DNA of 64,000 nt from positions 316,696,001-316,760,000 of the forward strand of contig OZ024740.1 of the NCBI GenBank assembly GCA_964016885.1. The letters run 5' to 3'. Position numbers and translations under genes: made by a program. The stretch is from Eledone cirrhosa (lineage: Eukaryota). Shown here piece by piece: positions 40,613-55,233 of the stretch; position 1 is the first letter of the stretch; every line of letters starts with the position of its first letter. The notes beneath the pieces are model-generated. The model did not search any database and was not told the origin of the DNA. It saw only the letters and a program-made list of their open reading frames with translations.

Positions 40613-42605
40613 TTGCATTATAACCAGCGGACTAACGCACAGAATAATTGTAACTGTAGAGCTAATAGAACCTGCCCTTTAGATAAAAAATGCCTAACCA
40701 AGGATGTCATATACTCATGCACAGTCACGACTAATAACTCTTCAGAAACCTATGTAGGCTCCACTTCTAACTGCTTCAAAATCAGATATAACTCGCACAT
40801 CCACTCGTTCAAAAAGCACAGCCTAGCCAACTCCACCTCACTTTCTAGCTACATACACTATCTAAAATCTAAAAATAAACCATACACACTCAAATGGGAA
40901 GTGATAGGCAGCGCGACCTCGTACAAACCACCTAATAAATTCTGTAACCTCTGTATACTAGAGACACACAATATTATCTTCTCCAACCGTAACCTACTTA
41001 ACAAAAATCTGAGGTGTTTGCAACTTGCCAGCACCGCCTCAGACATTCCTTCCAAAACTTTAAGCCCTATATATAGCAATGTCGGACTGGAACCCAACAC
41101 CACATCTAGCATCAAACACCAGAGACACACCCTATACTACATACCCAACACTAGCTGATCCATTATAACACAAACAACGACATCCCTCTGGAACCCTTCG
41201 CAGGGAAAATACCCATTTATACCTCTACGGCAGGTGTGACAACATCCACCCACTTGGACGGCACTACACCGCTCTAAGGGTAATTTGAGCATGAATTGAT
41301 CGGTTGGATGGTGTTGGGCAGAGGAAACACCTTCCTTAGACAGATGTAAAATGATTTAATCGAGTAGCGCTGTTGACCAGTAGGACCGGGCTGCGGAGCG
41401 CAGTGAGTGAATGCAATGCAACTGCCGTGCGGGTTGTACGTATATGGATGATCTGACGGTCAGAGAGGGGTCGCGATGACTGCGGATTGACCTTTGGCCT
41501 GCCTGGGGACGATTATCTTTCGACATCCAATGTAGCAAGTGATGACCCAGATCTTACCAGAGATCATTGGGTCCTGAAGCAATCCTGCAATCACCGCGCC
41601 TGGCCATATGAGCAGACTACAACCACAGAGATCATTAATTTAGAATCCTCGCTCATCATCTATAATTTCCATTTGTAGCACCTTATGATGGGTTAATCCA
41701 CCTTAATAATAATATGATCACCTTCAATATAATTTAGTTAAACTACTCTATAGTTAGTACACTTTATGCTTTAAAAGTCTCTCTTGGAAGGTGCACCTCA
41801 CCATAGAATTTAGGGTCTATATTGGGACACATTTTAATGGCTAGATATGGAAACCCCAGAGTTACCTCCCCGCATGCATTAACTCCCCTTAGCCACACAC
41901 ACACTTCCGGTATTCAATGGCGTTTCTCGAAACGTAACAACCTCCTGTATCGAACTAAAGAACACCAGACTACGACCTCTAACTGGATTGTCGTGGATTA
42001 TGTGAAAGGCATATAATCGAAATATACACTCCCTTGACCATGAAAATGCCGAAGTACATGAACTACTTGACATCCCTGCGCTGTGCATCTCCAATACGTA
42101 TAACACTTTTAATGCTTGCACTATCTTTAATGCTTATAATATTTCTCCACACACAGACTACATCAATCATATAAAGACTTTGCCACCAGATCTACCAACC
42201 TAACACTCTTATTTACCTACCTAAGTGCCTCTACCACACATATCTCTCTGCCACACTATATAAACAAGACGCACATGCGTGCCACACATATAACATTTGC
42301 ACTATATAACCACTTATCTTCATGTTGTACTTTAACCTATATCTTTGATTTTTGATTGTACCTATTAATATAAATGTAATCTCGAAGTGTGTACTGCCAC
42401 TCTAAATTCTGTAATGAATGTTGACCCACAATGTTTGAATATGTATCAATGTTTGAATATGTATTGGTATGTCTCTCGGCTGAAAAGGAGGTCATATAAC
42501 TGTCCATGCATTAATAAATTGCTCCGAAGAATCCAAACCTCGGTTTGGAGGAAACAGCTGTAAGCACAATAATGTTTTGAACAGTTCTTTGATTCTTATA
42601 TTTCA
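40613..42605 (+). mobile_element. 5'-truncated Penelope-like element, tandem copy 2
   Basis: ORF 40613-41158 is a GIY-YIG endonuclease; near-identical to copy 1, period ~3481. Confidence 0.88.
42520..42566 (+). ncRNA. Minimal type I hammerhead (copy 2)
   Basis: Identical to 39039-39085. Confidence 0.75.
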
Positions 42606-42837
42606 TATATATATATATATACCTATATATATATAATATAATATATATATATATAATATAGGATCAAAAGATGGTTAAAGGAGTTCCATATATTTTATTA
42701 TGCGCATAAAATATATGGAACTCCTTTAACCATCTTTTGATCTTATATTATGCATACTCCAGTCCCACAAACTGTAGAGTGCTTCTTATCCGATATCTGC
42801 ATTGCTTTATTGTACTACAATAAAACTCACCTCCTAC

Positions 42838-42879
<42 letters not shown>

Positions 42880-42951
42880 AACCAAACAGTGAGTGTGTTC
42901 TGTTATTAATTCTGGCAATATTACGCAAATATGACCCTCCCCAAGTATAAC

Positions 42952-43201
42952 AATATATTATATATATATATGTATATATATATGTATATGTATATATGTA
43001 TATGTATATATGTATATGTATATATATATGTATATATGTATATGTATATATGTATATGTATATATGAATATGTATATGTATATGTATATATATATATGTA
43101 TATATATATATGTATATATATATATGTATATATATATGTATGTGGTATATATATGTATATGTATATATATATGTATATATATATATATGTATGTATATAT
43201 G

Positions 43202-43278
<77 letters not shown>

Positions 43279-43287
43279 GTATATTAT

Positions 43288-43349
<62 letters not shown>

Positions 43350-43371
43350 GTATATAATATATATATATATT

Positions 43372-43438
<67 letters not shown>

Positions 43439-43441
43439 ATG

Positions 43442-43483
<42 letters not shown>

Positions 43484-43500
43484 TATGTATATGTATATAT

Positions 43501-43545
<45 letters not shown>

Positions 43546-43604
43546 GTATATATATATGTATATATATATGTATATATATGTATATGTATATATATATGTA
43601 TATA

Positions 43605-43653
<49 letters not shown>

Positions 43654-43760
43654 GTATATATATATATACTATATATATTATATATATATATGTATATGTA
43701 TATATATATGTATATATATATATATGTATATGTATATATATGTATATGTATATATATATG

Positions 43761-43846
<86 letters not shown>

Positions 43847-43847
43847 G

Positions 43848-43899
<52 letters not shown>

Positions 43900-44062
43900 G
43901 TATATATATATGTATATATATATATATATATATATGTATATGTATATATATATGTATATATATATATATATATATATGTATATGTATATATATATGTATA
44001 TATATATATATGTATATGTATATATATATGTATGTATATGTATATATATATATATATGTATG

Positions 44063-44093
<31 letters not shown>

Positions 44094-44130
44094 TTATATA
44101 TATATATATGTATATATGTATATATATATG

Positions 44131-44199
<69 letters not shown>

Positions 44200-44248
44200 G
44201 TATATATGCATATATATATGTGTGTATATATATATATATGTTTATATG

Positions 44249-44283
<35 letters not shown>

Positions 44284-44320
44284 ATATATATATGTATATA
44301 TGTATATATGTATATATATG

Positions 44321-44379
<59 letters not shown>

Positions 44380-44530
44380 GTATATATGTATGTATATATG
44401 TATATATATATGTATATATATATATATGTATATGTATATATATATGTATGTATATATATATATATGTATATGTATATATATATATACATATGTATATATA
44501 TATATACATATGTATATATATATATATATG

Positions 44531-44584
<54 letters not shown>

Positions 44585-44869
44585 TGTATATATCTATCTA
44601 TCTAAGGCGGGTAAAACTCCCGAGATCCATGGACGAGTTCTCTCCAGCGGTCTCTGTCTCTCATTATCGCTGCCATGTCCTGCATCTCCAACAGACCAGT
44701 GTCTGTCCTTAGGGCATCAACATACGTTAACCTTGGTCTTCCCCTTCTAGTGTGTCCATGTAGGGGCTCCCAAAGGAGTACTGAGTGCAATGTCAACTCT
44801 GGATGTCGGTGAGCATGTCCAGCTAACCTCAGTCTCCTCTGTATATATATATATATGTATATATATATG

Positions 44870-44921
<52 letters not shown>

Positions 44922-45165
44922 TCTATGTATATATATATATGTATATATGTATATATATATGTATATATATCTATATATATGTATATATATATATATCTAT
45001 ATATATGTATATATATATATATATGTTTATATATATATATATGTTTACATATATATGTTTATATATATATATATATGTTTATATATGTATATATATGTAT
45101 ATATATATGTATATATATGTATATATATATGTATATATATGTTTACATATGTATATATATGTTTA

Positions 45166-45214
<49 letters not shown>

Positions 45215-45230
45215 ATATATATATATATTA
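42952..45230. repeat. (TA)n/(TATG) arrays containing an RTE 3' fragment (44605-44840, minus)
   Basis: [26 protein letters not shown]. Confidence 0.85.
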
Positions 45231-45324
45231 TAACGAAGGAAATGTGGTAAGGAACCAGATGGACCATAACGCACCAAAGTACTCAATACTTAGGGTAGTA
45301 GAGTGGGTAATAGGAACGAGTAGG

Positions 45325-45420
45325 ACCCCGACGGCTGAGCTCAAGCCGTTTCGATGGCTAATACTGTACTAAATAAAAAATTTTATTGTGGTAAATGAAT
45401 AGCCGAGCTTCTCAGGGGGT
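45325..45420 (-). ncRNA. Hammerhead-like motif in 3' pLTR, core variant CTGAGAA
   Basis: ACCCC-CTGAGAA-G..GGCTA..TAGCC..C-GAAA-CGGCT..AGCCG-TC^GGGGT. Confidence 0.7.
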
Positions 45421-48400
45421 AATATTCCATATATAGTAAAAGTGATTGTCACAAGGATTGGTCAAAAGTTTGTTGTTGAGACACATAATTCTATCATGGC
45501 ATTTTGTGGAAGGAAGGGGTAGCTGAACTTGCCAGTAGAAGAAAGAGGGAGAGGGAGTGGAGAAAACCCAGTCGTGCGTTGAAAGTGACAACTACAGCAG
45601 AATCCTAAGGATAAGAGGTCAAGAGGGGGGGGGGTCGAAACAATAAGTAGATCTATATGGAGTAAATCTATATAGAAAAATAAGAATGTTAAAAATATAA
45701 GAAAACAATTTCTGGTTACTATTCCCCTACCACAATCATCAAATCTCTCACTGGTACTGCTAAACTATAGAAAAGTTTAATAAGTGGGGCGGGATACTAA
45801 ATACGAGATTGTAGTGAAAGAATTTTATGAGTTAGTAGTAATCGGCCTAATCTATCTTACAATGACAGGTCAACAAGTAGGGGGCCAAAATACTAAAAAA
45901 AAACTAATACGAAATAATAATTCAGAGTCCCGAAACTAATACGAAATATTAATTCAGAATCCCGAAAATGAATACTAATACGATATATAAGAGTACCGCA
46001 ACAATACATAAATTCTAATGTAAACTACATAAATGCTCGTACGATATATATGAAAAATTTAATATTCAGAATCTCCCCCCCCCCCCCCCCAATAAAGTAT
46101 AAATACTGATATACGAGAAACTATAGCAGAGATACCACTAAGAAATCTAGAAATCACAGAAATGGGGCAGCAATCAGATAAGAAAGCAAGTATCTGGGGT
46201 CTAGCACATCTGCTATAAAAAGTGGAGTCGGCCAATTCTATCATAGAATAGGGGGTGGGGTGGGGTACTGAGGCTACAGAGGACCGAAGGGCTGCCTCGG
46301 GGTGGGCGAGAAGGTGAAAAGAACGACGACAAAGGAGAACTGGAGTGGAAGGACTAGGAAGGGATGGGGGGAAGAAGGAAATATAGAGGAAACGATAAAA
46401 AATATATAAGAAAATCTCACGTCTACCTTTGTAAGCATGGGTTACCCATTACAAAGTCGGCAAGTGGGGTGTTACAGCCCCTGTCTACCCCCCCCCCCCT
46501 TCCCGGGTCATTATGGGGTTTGAGGGCGAGGTAAGTCCTACGCAATCTGTGTTTGCATGCAGTTACCAGTTCGTCTTTCTTGTTTCGGAGTTGGTCCGTC
46601 GAAAACAACATTTGTAATGTTTCCTCCGAGCATAAGTTACACGGACGGCGTCCTCCCGTGTAAGAGTTGGCTCTGGACAGTAAGCTCCAAGTGAGATTAT
46701 AGATTTTATTGTTATCTTTGAGGTCCCAGATGTGGCCCGAAAGTGTAGTGGTGTGACGCCGGGCCGGGTTTCGGAAAGTATGTCTGTGTTGGTATAGCCG
46801 GGTCTTGAAGTCACAAGCGGTTAATCCTATATAAGCTTTGTTGGAGGTATCTGTCCTCACGTTGCACTGGTAGATCACATTACGATCTCTGCATCTGTTG
46901 TCGAGGGGCAAATGGATCCATCAGGACAGTTGCACCTCCTGGTCGGCTCTCCACTGCTATTTAGGTTATTTCTTCCATAGGTGTTGAGTGTTAGAGGAGA
47001 CGATGTTTGTGCAAAGTTAGGTGTGGTGCTGTAGGAGAGTTTGATGGTATTTTTGTTGATTATGTTGTGGTAGCGGTGTTGTAGTGGGAAGTGTTTTTCG
47101 ATGAGCCTAAAGAAGATTTTCCTGATAGGTGTTGTCACCTCGGCGTTGTGGGGAGGATTGAACCATGTTACGTTGCGTGAGCGGTGGTGTCGCCTGCTGG
47201 TTCCGCTAATGGAAGCTGGACAGTAGGATATTTCCTCCAGGAAGCCACTCCGCCTGAGGGCCTGGTTGTAATAAGGCGCATGTTCCTCGAATATCTGCTC
47301 ATTAGCGGACAAACGAGATATGCGGAGGGAGATGTTTTTAACCAGGTTATTGGTGATGTTTCTAGGATGGTTTGACCGGCGGTGGGTGTAGTGCAGGTTA
47401 TCGTTTGGTTTCCTGTATGGGTAGTACAGATCATTATCGAGGTCAAGGGTAACGTCCAGGAAGTTTACTCGGGTTAGGGACGTTTGTAGGGTTATTTTAA
47501 ATCCCCAGTCGCGAAAGAAGCTGATTAATTGTTTACGGACCCGGTCTGTACTACCGGGGTTGTACCCTTTAAGGGTAAGGAGCCCATCATCACGGTACAA
47601 TCCACCGCCGAATGCAGAAAACATATCGGTGAGTTTAACTAGTAGGAATAATCCTATAAGATCTGTGACCTCAGCCGAATCCGTCGCGCCCATACTGACG
47701 TCGAAGGGGGAGTCGGGAGCTCTCTTTATCCATTTGGAGTTGTTGAAAAGTAGGACTGTCTTCCTGGCGTGGAGGATGATATTTCTTTCCTGGTCGGTGA
47801 TGGGCGCAAGTGTCTCGGCAAAGTCCAAGGCGGCCGTAAGGAACGGTAAGGTAATTGAAGCATAGTAACTTTCTATGTCAAACTGGATGAATTTTGTGTC
47901 TCGTTTGTCCTCCATATTGCTGAACCATGAGATTACTTCCTGGGTGTTGACCCATAGGCTAAGTCTGGCGTTTTGCTTAACTTTTGGTATAACGCGGTCT
48001 AGGATTTTTTTTACTGATTTTCCCTATGTCGGACTTCGTTGGGTTTATAAGCCTGATAGATGGTTTACGGTCGAAATCGGATTTGTGGTCCTTCAGTGTG
48101 AAGTAGGGAGTGCGTGCGTCTAGGGGTTCCGTGCGGTCGGCGACCCCGAGGCTGGAGGTAATTTATTGTCCATCTCGATTTATGTCCTCGATGCATCAGT
48201 GGTTAGCCTTTTTATAGGTGGAGTTTAGGCTGCTCCTGATCAGTGTGTGGTATCTGTCGGGGTTGACGAAGTAGAGGTTACCAGTTTTATCCGAGTGCAC
48301 CATGATGTCATTGGTGTTATCATACTCTGTTAAGTTGCTACGGAGTTTTTGTAGGAATCTGTTGTCTGGGTTTGAATTTAATTCTCTTGACCAGTTGGAA

Positions 48401-48619
48401 AAGGTCATTCTCGAAAGGTGAGAGCATAGGGTTCGGAGGGAGAGATTTGTAGGTATTAAATCCGAATCTCTCCTTTGTATCGAAGTCCTAATTGTCGCAA
48501 TATCTGTCGTAGTTCAGCTACCCCTTCCTTCCACAAAATACCATGATAGAATTATGTGTCTCAACAACAAACTTTTGGCCAATTCTTGTGACAATCACTT
48601 TTACCATATATGGAATATT

Positions 48620-48715
48620 ACCCCCTGAGAAGCTCGCCTATTCATTTACCAGGATAAAAATGTTCATTTAGTCCAAAATTAGCCGTCGAAACGGCTTGAG
48701 CTCAGCCGTCGGAGT
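48620..48715 (+). ncRNA. Hammerhead-like motif in inverted pLTR
   Basis: Diverged copy of 45325-45420. Confidence 0.65.
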
Positions 48716-48722
48716 CATACTT

Positions 48723-48787
<65 letters not shown>

Positions 48788-49122
48788 GGCACACATGGTT
48801 TAGTGGTTAGAGCATTGGCCTTGCAATCGAAAGGTTGTGAGTTCAATTCTCAGACCGGGTGATGTGTTGTTTCCTTGAGCAAGACACTTTATTTCACATT
48901 GCTCCAGTTTACTCAGCTGTAGAAATGAGATGATAGGGACTGGGGTCCCTATCATTCCACTGCAAAGTGGTCGTGGAGGTGCCACGGCAAAAAAGCACCC
49001 AGCACTCACTGTAAATGAGGTTGGTGTTAGGAAGGGCATCCAACTGTAGAAATCAAGCCAGAATCAGTTCTCGTCCCACCCTTGCAAGCAGGGAAAAGCG
49101 GACGTAAAAATGATGATGATGA
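48788..49122 (+). mobile_element. tRNA-derived SINE, family 1
   Basis: Full-length copy with (ATG)n tail. Confidence 0.85.
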
Positions 49123-49131
49123 TATATATTA

Positions 49132-49293
49132 GCGCATGCGCAGTACGGACCGGCCTTCGCACATGCGCAATACGGACAGGCCTTCGTGCATACGGAGTAC
49201 GGACCAGACTTCAGGCATGCGCAATACGGACCAGTATTCGCACATGCGCTGTATGAACCAGACTTAGCGCATGCGCTGTACGGACCAGACTTC
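49132..49293 (+). repeat. 6 x 27-bp tandem repeat with GCGCATGCGC motif
   Basis: Consensus gcgcatgcgc(a/t)gtacggaccagacttc. Confidence 0.9.
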
Positions 49294-52200
49294 GCCTATA
49301 TATATGTCTATTAGAGTTTGGATCTTCCTGACTCTTAATTACTGACTCTCTCTCGACCAAGCCAGTGAGGTTCACGAAGTTTCCATAATAAATACAACTT
49401 TAATACTACTTTTACAAACAAACAAATAACGTCCATAATTGTTGTGTATTTTCTGTATAGCTTCGGCGTAAGCTATTTTCAATAAATTAATAATATAGCA
49501 GTTTGGTGTTATAGTGGTTCATTTATATATATTCATTTGCGTGATCAAGGAACTGTTATATCATCATCATCTTAATGAACACTTACTTACCTGCTCATAT
49601 GCAACCTCTGGTCACACTATCACACAACAGTGACCACACCACACAGCAAGCTACAAGTGAGCACACGCAACAATCGAATCAACACCACAGCATAATCAAC
49701 TACCAACACGACCATCAAAACACATCGCTATAAATATACTGAGCCAAGGAAACCCAGGCGTTGTCGTTCGGCCTGCTAGAAATAGCAGTCAAATCCCTCT
49801 CATATCATACCCTGCCGTCAGAAAAAAAAAGGTATTGTTTAATGTTGTCCGGAGTTAACTATTCCTGAAAAAAATAAAATAAAATAAAACGGTGGTGCAT
49901 TGTTTGAATGCTTTTGGTCATTGGTTTGCTGAATTGGGGCTTATTTGTGGCTAAACACACCATCCCAATGTTTCTGTCTGGGTTCAAATCCCGCCGAAGT
50001 TAACTTTGCCTTTCATCTTTACGGGGTCGATAAAATAAAGCACGAGTAATGCACTGGGATAATTGCTGGCCTTCTGCCAAAAGTAGAAACAATTATATTT
50101 GATAAAGACCTGGAAATCACAAAACTTATTTTCACAATATACCAAGACCCAACACTTATTTTAAATCAAGATGAAGATCAAGAAGACCAGTCATACCTTT
50201 TCCTACAGCATTGTGAGTTCGTGAAAAAAGTATAGGATTTCACAAAATAAGGATTTTTAAATATATAATTTAATAACAATTTTATTCTATATTCTTTTAT
50301 ATATATAAATTCCTTCTCTAAAATAATCTGTTTCATTTCATGTCTTATTAAAATTAAGGTGATAGAAATTGTCAAATATAGGTAAGAGCTCCTTGATTTG
50401 GGGGAAATCGCAGAAGAGTTCTATGACAAAATAAATTATAGAACGACTGTCCTAAAATATTAGTAACACAACGGTCGCTCTCCGAGAGGTTTGCGGTCGT
50501 GCCCTTGGCAGTGGAGACTTCTGGTGTCCTTGGTCCTAGGGCTACCTCCCTACTCACCACCATAGGCGCTGAGCTGGCCAGCCGCAGGTGTGAGCCTCGC
50601 GAGTTGGAATGACTCTTCCAGCGTATCTCCCTTACCATCCTCCGGGGAAACGCCTTCTCTATTCTGTCCGCCGGGGTTGTGGGGAGTCCAGTACGTGGAA
50701 CCCCATTTGCTCACCATACAGAGAGATGGAGGCGATGACAGTGGGAGTTCGGCTCTTCCACGTTCGGACCATATCCTTGTGGTTGTGTTCATTATCTATA
50801 GAGTTCATTCTATTATTCAGTTGTCCTCTCAGTGACACGTCAGGGTCCTAGTTTGGAATCAAAACAATATCCTGGAATTGGCACAGTAAAATCGTATATT
50901 ACCTTCGCAGCGGAAACCATATTTACAAATATCTATTTTATTTTTAACATTAACTACACTGAAATATTTGATAACAATACGAATGCAAAAAAAAAAAAGA
51001 AAAATTTATCGAAGTATGATCCAATGAGTGATCTTGCTAATATCTATACTCTGGCGATCGTGCTAAGAGCAATGAAAAGCAAAGATCAGCGGGCATTGTG
51101 CAGTTCTGTGAGCCGGCTTGGGTTGAGGTTGTCGCAATCATACAATCAAAGTCGCATGGTTGTTTAGGCCCAAAATACATATAATACAGCCAGGGCTGGA
51201 TTAACCATTTAGCAAAATAAGCTCATGCTTAAGGCATCAATGGAAGAATGTCACCATCTTATTCAAGTTAGATATATGTTATCACCCCCCCCCCCTCCTA
51301 CTGTTAAGCATTACTCACCAGTGTTTCCAATTAAAAACAATTATCATAATCGCTCATATATTTTTATTTCGTTAATTGAGAAGAAAGAATAGAATGTAAA
51401 ATAAGAAAATATTTTTAAAAAACGAAAAAGGAAGGGAGAGGCAAGGGCTCTAGTGTCACAGAAGAATGAGGAGGAGGGAGTGTGATTGGGCTCTGGGCCT
51501 AGGGCGCGGTGGTAATGGGGCTGGGCCCCGCGGACAAGTCCAAATCATACTGAAAACGACAGCGTCAGGGGATTCTAAGATCAAGACTATCAGTACAATG
51601 TTAACAGCTTTCTTAAGTAAGTAATACGCCATCAATTCTCCTGGCATGACAAGGTTATAGTTTAAATCTGAACACTTAAAACCGTGAACAGTATTCAACA
51701 GGACAGTGTATATTTTTAAAATGTTAATAATTGTTTCTACTATTGGCACAAGGCCAGCAATTACCCAGTGCATTACTGGTACTTTATTTTATCAACCCCG
51801 TAAGGATGAAAGGCAAATCGAATACATATTAATACAAAACTACTACTGATCCTGTGTTGATGTACAAAGGTGAACATAGTATAAGTTGTGGTGTTTTTCT
51901 GTTTACTCTCTACTGTTCTACAAAACGGTAATGTCTGGTTTGTATAACGAATTTAAACTTATATTTGAACAAGACAACGAAGGAGCTGCTATACTTGCAA
52001 TAACAATCAAATCTCCCTCGAATCATACTATATCATCTTAATGAAAGGAAGGATCCGATAAGAGAGTGTTCAGACGATACACTGGTCCGATGAACGCGAA
52101 TATCTGACCGCTACTACCATCACCACTCAGACCAGAAAGCTCCACTTGGGAGCCATGGATTCAAAGGATAATGCATTCCTAGAGGGATTATGCTTGAATA

Positions 52201-53825
52201 GAAGACGAGATAGTCCAACTGGAATGTTTCTAATCATATATTTGTCCAATCAGAGCCAACCTTTGTCTAAACAGCAAAATACATTTAGACAGGAAGGGAT
52301 GGTTGACGCATTGAAAAGACTATTTTCATATTTGTATGAAACACAAAATACAATCTTTCATTACGAAGAACAAGAAACAAGAAACAATGGTTATTAAGTA
52401 GATTATTATACTCACTGAATTGTGGAAGAAAGAAGGAGATCATGGTTTCGAGTCGTTTAACGTGAAGCTCACACCAGTTCTTTGCAAACCCGAAAATGGC
52501 GGGAAAATTTACTTTTATATAAATTTAGTGGATTTTTGTTGTTGTTTTGTTTTGTTCTTTTTTTATTTGTTTTTTTTTTATGCCGATAATTATGATGGAT
52601 ATTACAGGAAGAGAGATAGTCTATGATGAGGTTTCGATTCTTTATTGAAACCATTTCAAATATTTATAAATGTGGTGTGAATTTAATGACTTTATTAACG
52701 GCTGTAAGTGTCGAAACTTCGTAAGAGATGTGGTTCAACGATAAATTCCCCTTCAATGATCTTTACAACCACTATAAGAAGAATTGTAGATTTTATTTAT
52801 TTTACTAAACATAAAGCCTTTTATTTTAAGGGAGGGCAAGTAAGAAGTTGTGGTGTCCATGCCTTTCACATGGTTTTAACAATGTAATATCAAGGGCACA
52901 AAATTAGTTTGCTAACTCAACTGCCGAAATGTAGCTTCTTACTTTATTTTATGCATGTCACTCTATATAACAGATAAATAGAGCCTGGATTGGTAATATT
53001 ACTAGATTGAGCTGGTACTGGTATCTATCCCCAATATTTAGGTGAACTGGGGAAAAATTGAGTAAAATAACCCGTCTAGAAAACATAACGAAATACCTGC
53101 AATGAATTTGAACTTACGATCATTGAAGATGTAGAGTAATATTATATCCAGTCGACTTTTAACAAGTAAAAATAATTCGGTTGTGGATATTTCTTCTCCC
53201 CCTGTTAAACCCGGTTTATACCAACTCACCTGAAACCGTCTTTAGTTCTACAGAGTCCAAGAAGGACCTTTATTGTCTAAAATGTGTACCAATTATAAAC
53301 ACATAAATAACAAACTTTCCTCCTCCTCCTCCTCCTCTTCTTCTTCTTCTTCTTCTTCTTCTCCGTCCACTTATTCCTGAGAGGGTCATGGGGGTAGAGT
53401 CCTCAAACACTCCTTCCAGCGGGTCCTGTCAGAAGCAACCGTCTCCAACTGAACCAGCTGGATCCCCAAGTGTTATCCAACCACCTTGCTCTGGGTCTCC
53501 TGTCGGCTGGTTTTGCCCGTAAGATCTTGTCCAGCGATTCTTTCTTGAGACATTCTAATCACATGCCCATTTTAGTTCCAGAACTAGCTGTTGAAACGGC
53601 AAGAGCTCAATGCAGTTCAAATGCTCTCGATTATTTTGCACACAGGGTCAGTATATTCTGTATTGGCACGTCGCATCATGTCTTGAGGTATTGACGTATT
53701 TTCCTAACCCATACTATTGGTTTCCTCCGTAAAGTCGGAAAGACGTTGGCCCGCTTGAGGAGAGTTTAGTGTGCTAGTGAGAATATATATATGTGTGTGT
53801 GTATATATATGTGTGTGTGTGTATG

Positions 53826-53858
<33 letters not shown>

Positions 53859-54560
53859 TTATATATATATATGTGTGTGTGTGTTTATATATATATATGT
53901 TTGTGTGTGTGCCTGCGTGCTTGTATATGTGTGTGCGTGTGTATATACTTATACATATATATACACATATATATATATGAGCCTTCCAATTTCATTTTAT
54001 ATTACAAATACTCTCCCGCTCTCTATATCCCACTACATACCTCACTCTCTCTCACAATTCCCCCTCTTTCACTAGACCACCAAGTTCTCTCCACCTCTCT
54101 AAACTCCACTACATACCTCACTCTCTCACCCTCACAATACCCCCTCTCTCACTAGACATATAAACTCTCCCCCTCTCTATAACCCACTAGATACCTCACT
54201 CTCTCTCACAATTCCCCCTCTCTCACTAAACCAACAAATTTCTCCCGCTCTCCATATCCCACTACAATATTTTTTACTTTGAAATAACTAATGTTTTCAT
54301 CTTCTGTAAAGAACGACAAAGTTCTCCATCCCCTCCCCCACCTTTTGAACCCCTGGGGTGTGGGAGAGATCTTTCCTTTTTCTTGTGTGCTTTTGTTGAA
54401 TTATTTGACAGGAGTTTAAAATATGTGGTTGTGGAGGCTGGTGATGGTGTGGTGGTGTTGGTAGTAGTGTGGTGGTGGTGGTGTTGGTGGTAGTGGTGGT
54501 GTAGAGGGTGATGATGGTGTTGTTGGTGGTGTTTGTTTATTTTGAATCTATCTATTTATC

Positions 54561-54936
54561 TATATACTACTAAAACTCTGAAATTGTGTGATTGTCTGTA
54601 ATTTAATACAGCCAAAACGGTGCATGATAGGAAATACTTTGAAAGGATGTTGCCCCTGAAATGGGAATACAAATGGAATAAAATAAGTTTCGCGTCAATC
54701 GGAGCACGGGTTCCTGAGATACGGGGTTTTGCCGAGTACGTTCATAAATAGAGAGAGAAAATGATGTAGAGGGAGAGATAGCGGTTGTGAGAGAATAGAT
54801 TGAAAGAGAGACATAGAGATAGAGAGATAGAAGAAGATAGAGAAGGAAAATGGAAGAGAGAGAGAGAGCTGGTGGTGTTGTTGAATGAAATATATACACA
54901 CACACATGTATACATACATATGTACACACACACACG

Positions 54937-54969
<33 letters not shown>

Positions 54970-55175
54970 CATCATCATCATCATCATCATCATCCGGCGG
55001 CTTCAGCCGAAATGGACTCAACAATTGATCTCCACGTGGGTCTGTCGTTCATTGCCGTTGCCAAGTCCTGGATTTCAACACCAGAATCTCTAGAGATGAC
55101 ATCGGCGTAGTGGTGTTGAATGAAATTATAACAGGTGACTACAAAGAATCGAATACAGAGTTTTAGTAGTATATA
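54561..55175. mobile_element. Element with 20-bp terminal inverted repeats
   Basis: tatatactactaaaactctg / cagagttttagtagtatata. Confidence 0.65.
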
Positions 55176-55233
55176 TATATGTGTGTGTGTGTGTGTGTAT
55201 CATATAAACAGTAGTGGCACCAGTTAACTTGTA

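Larger units (their letters stand above)
45324..48716 (-). mobile_element. Penelope-like element (RT plus GIY-YIG, frameshifted) with inverted pLTRs
   Basis: DKTGNLY, FDIESYY, MGA..SAE, LYRDDGL, VNFLDV, TWFNPP, VIYQC..AYIGLT; 45324-45529 is the reverse complement of 48511-48716. Confidence 0.93.

Noticed and set aside
53118-53229. Possible minus-strand exon
   Set aside because: Ambiguous splice signals and unrecognisable peptide
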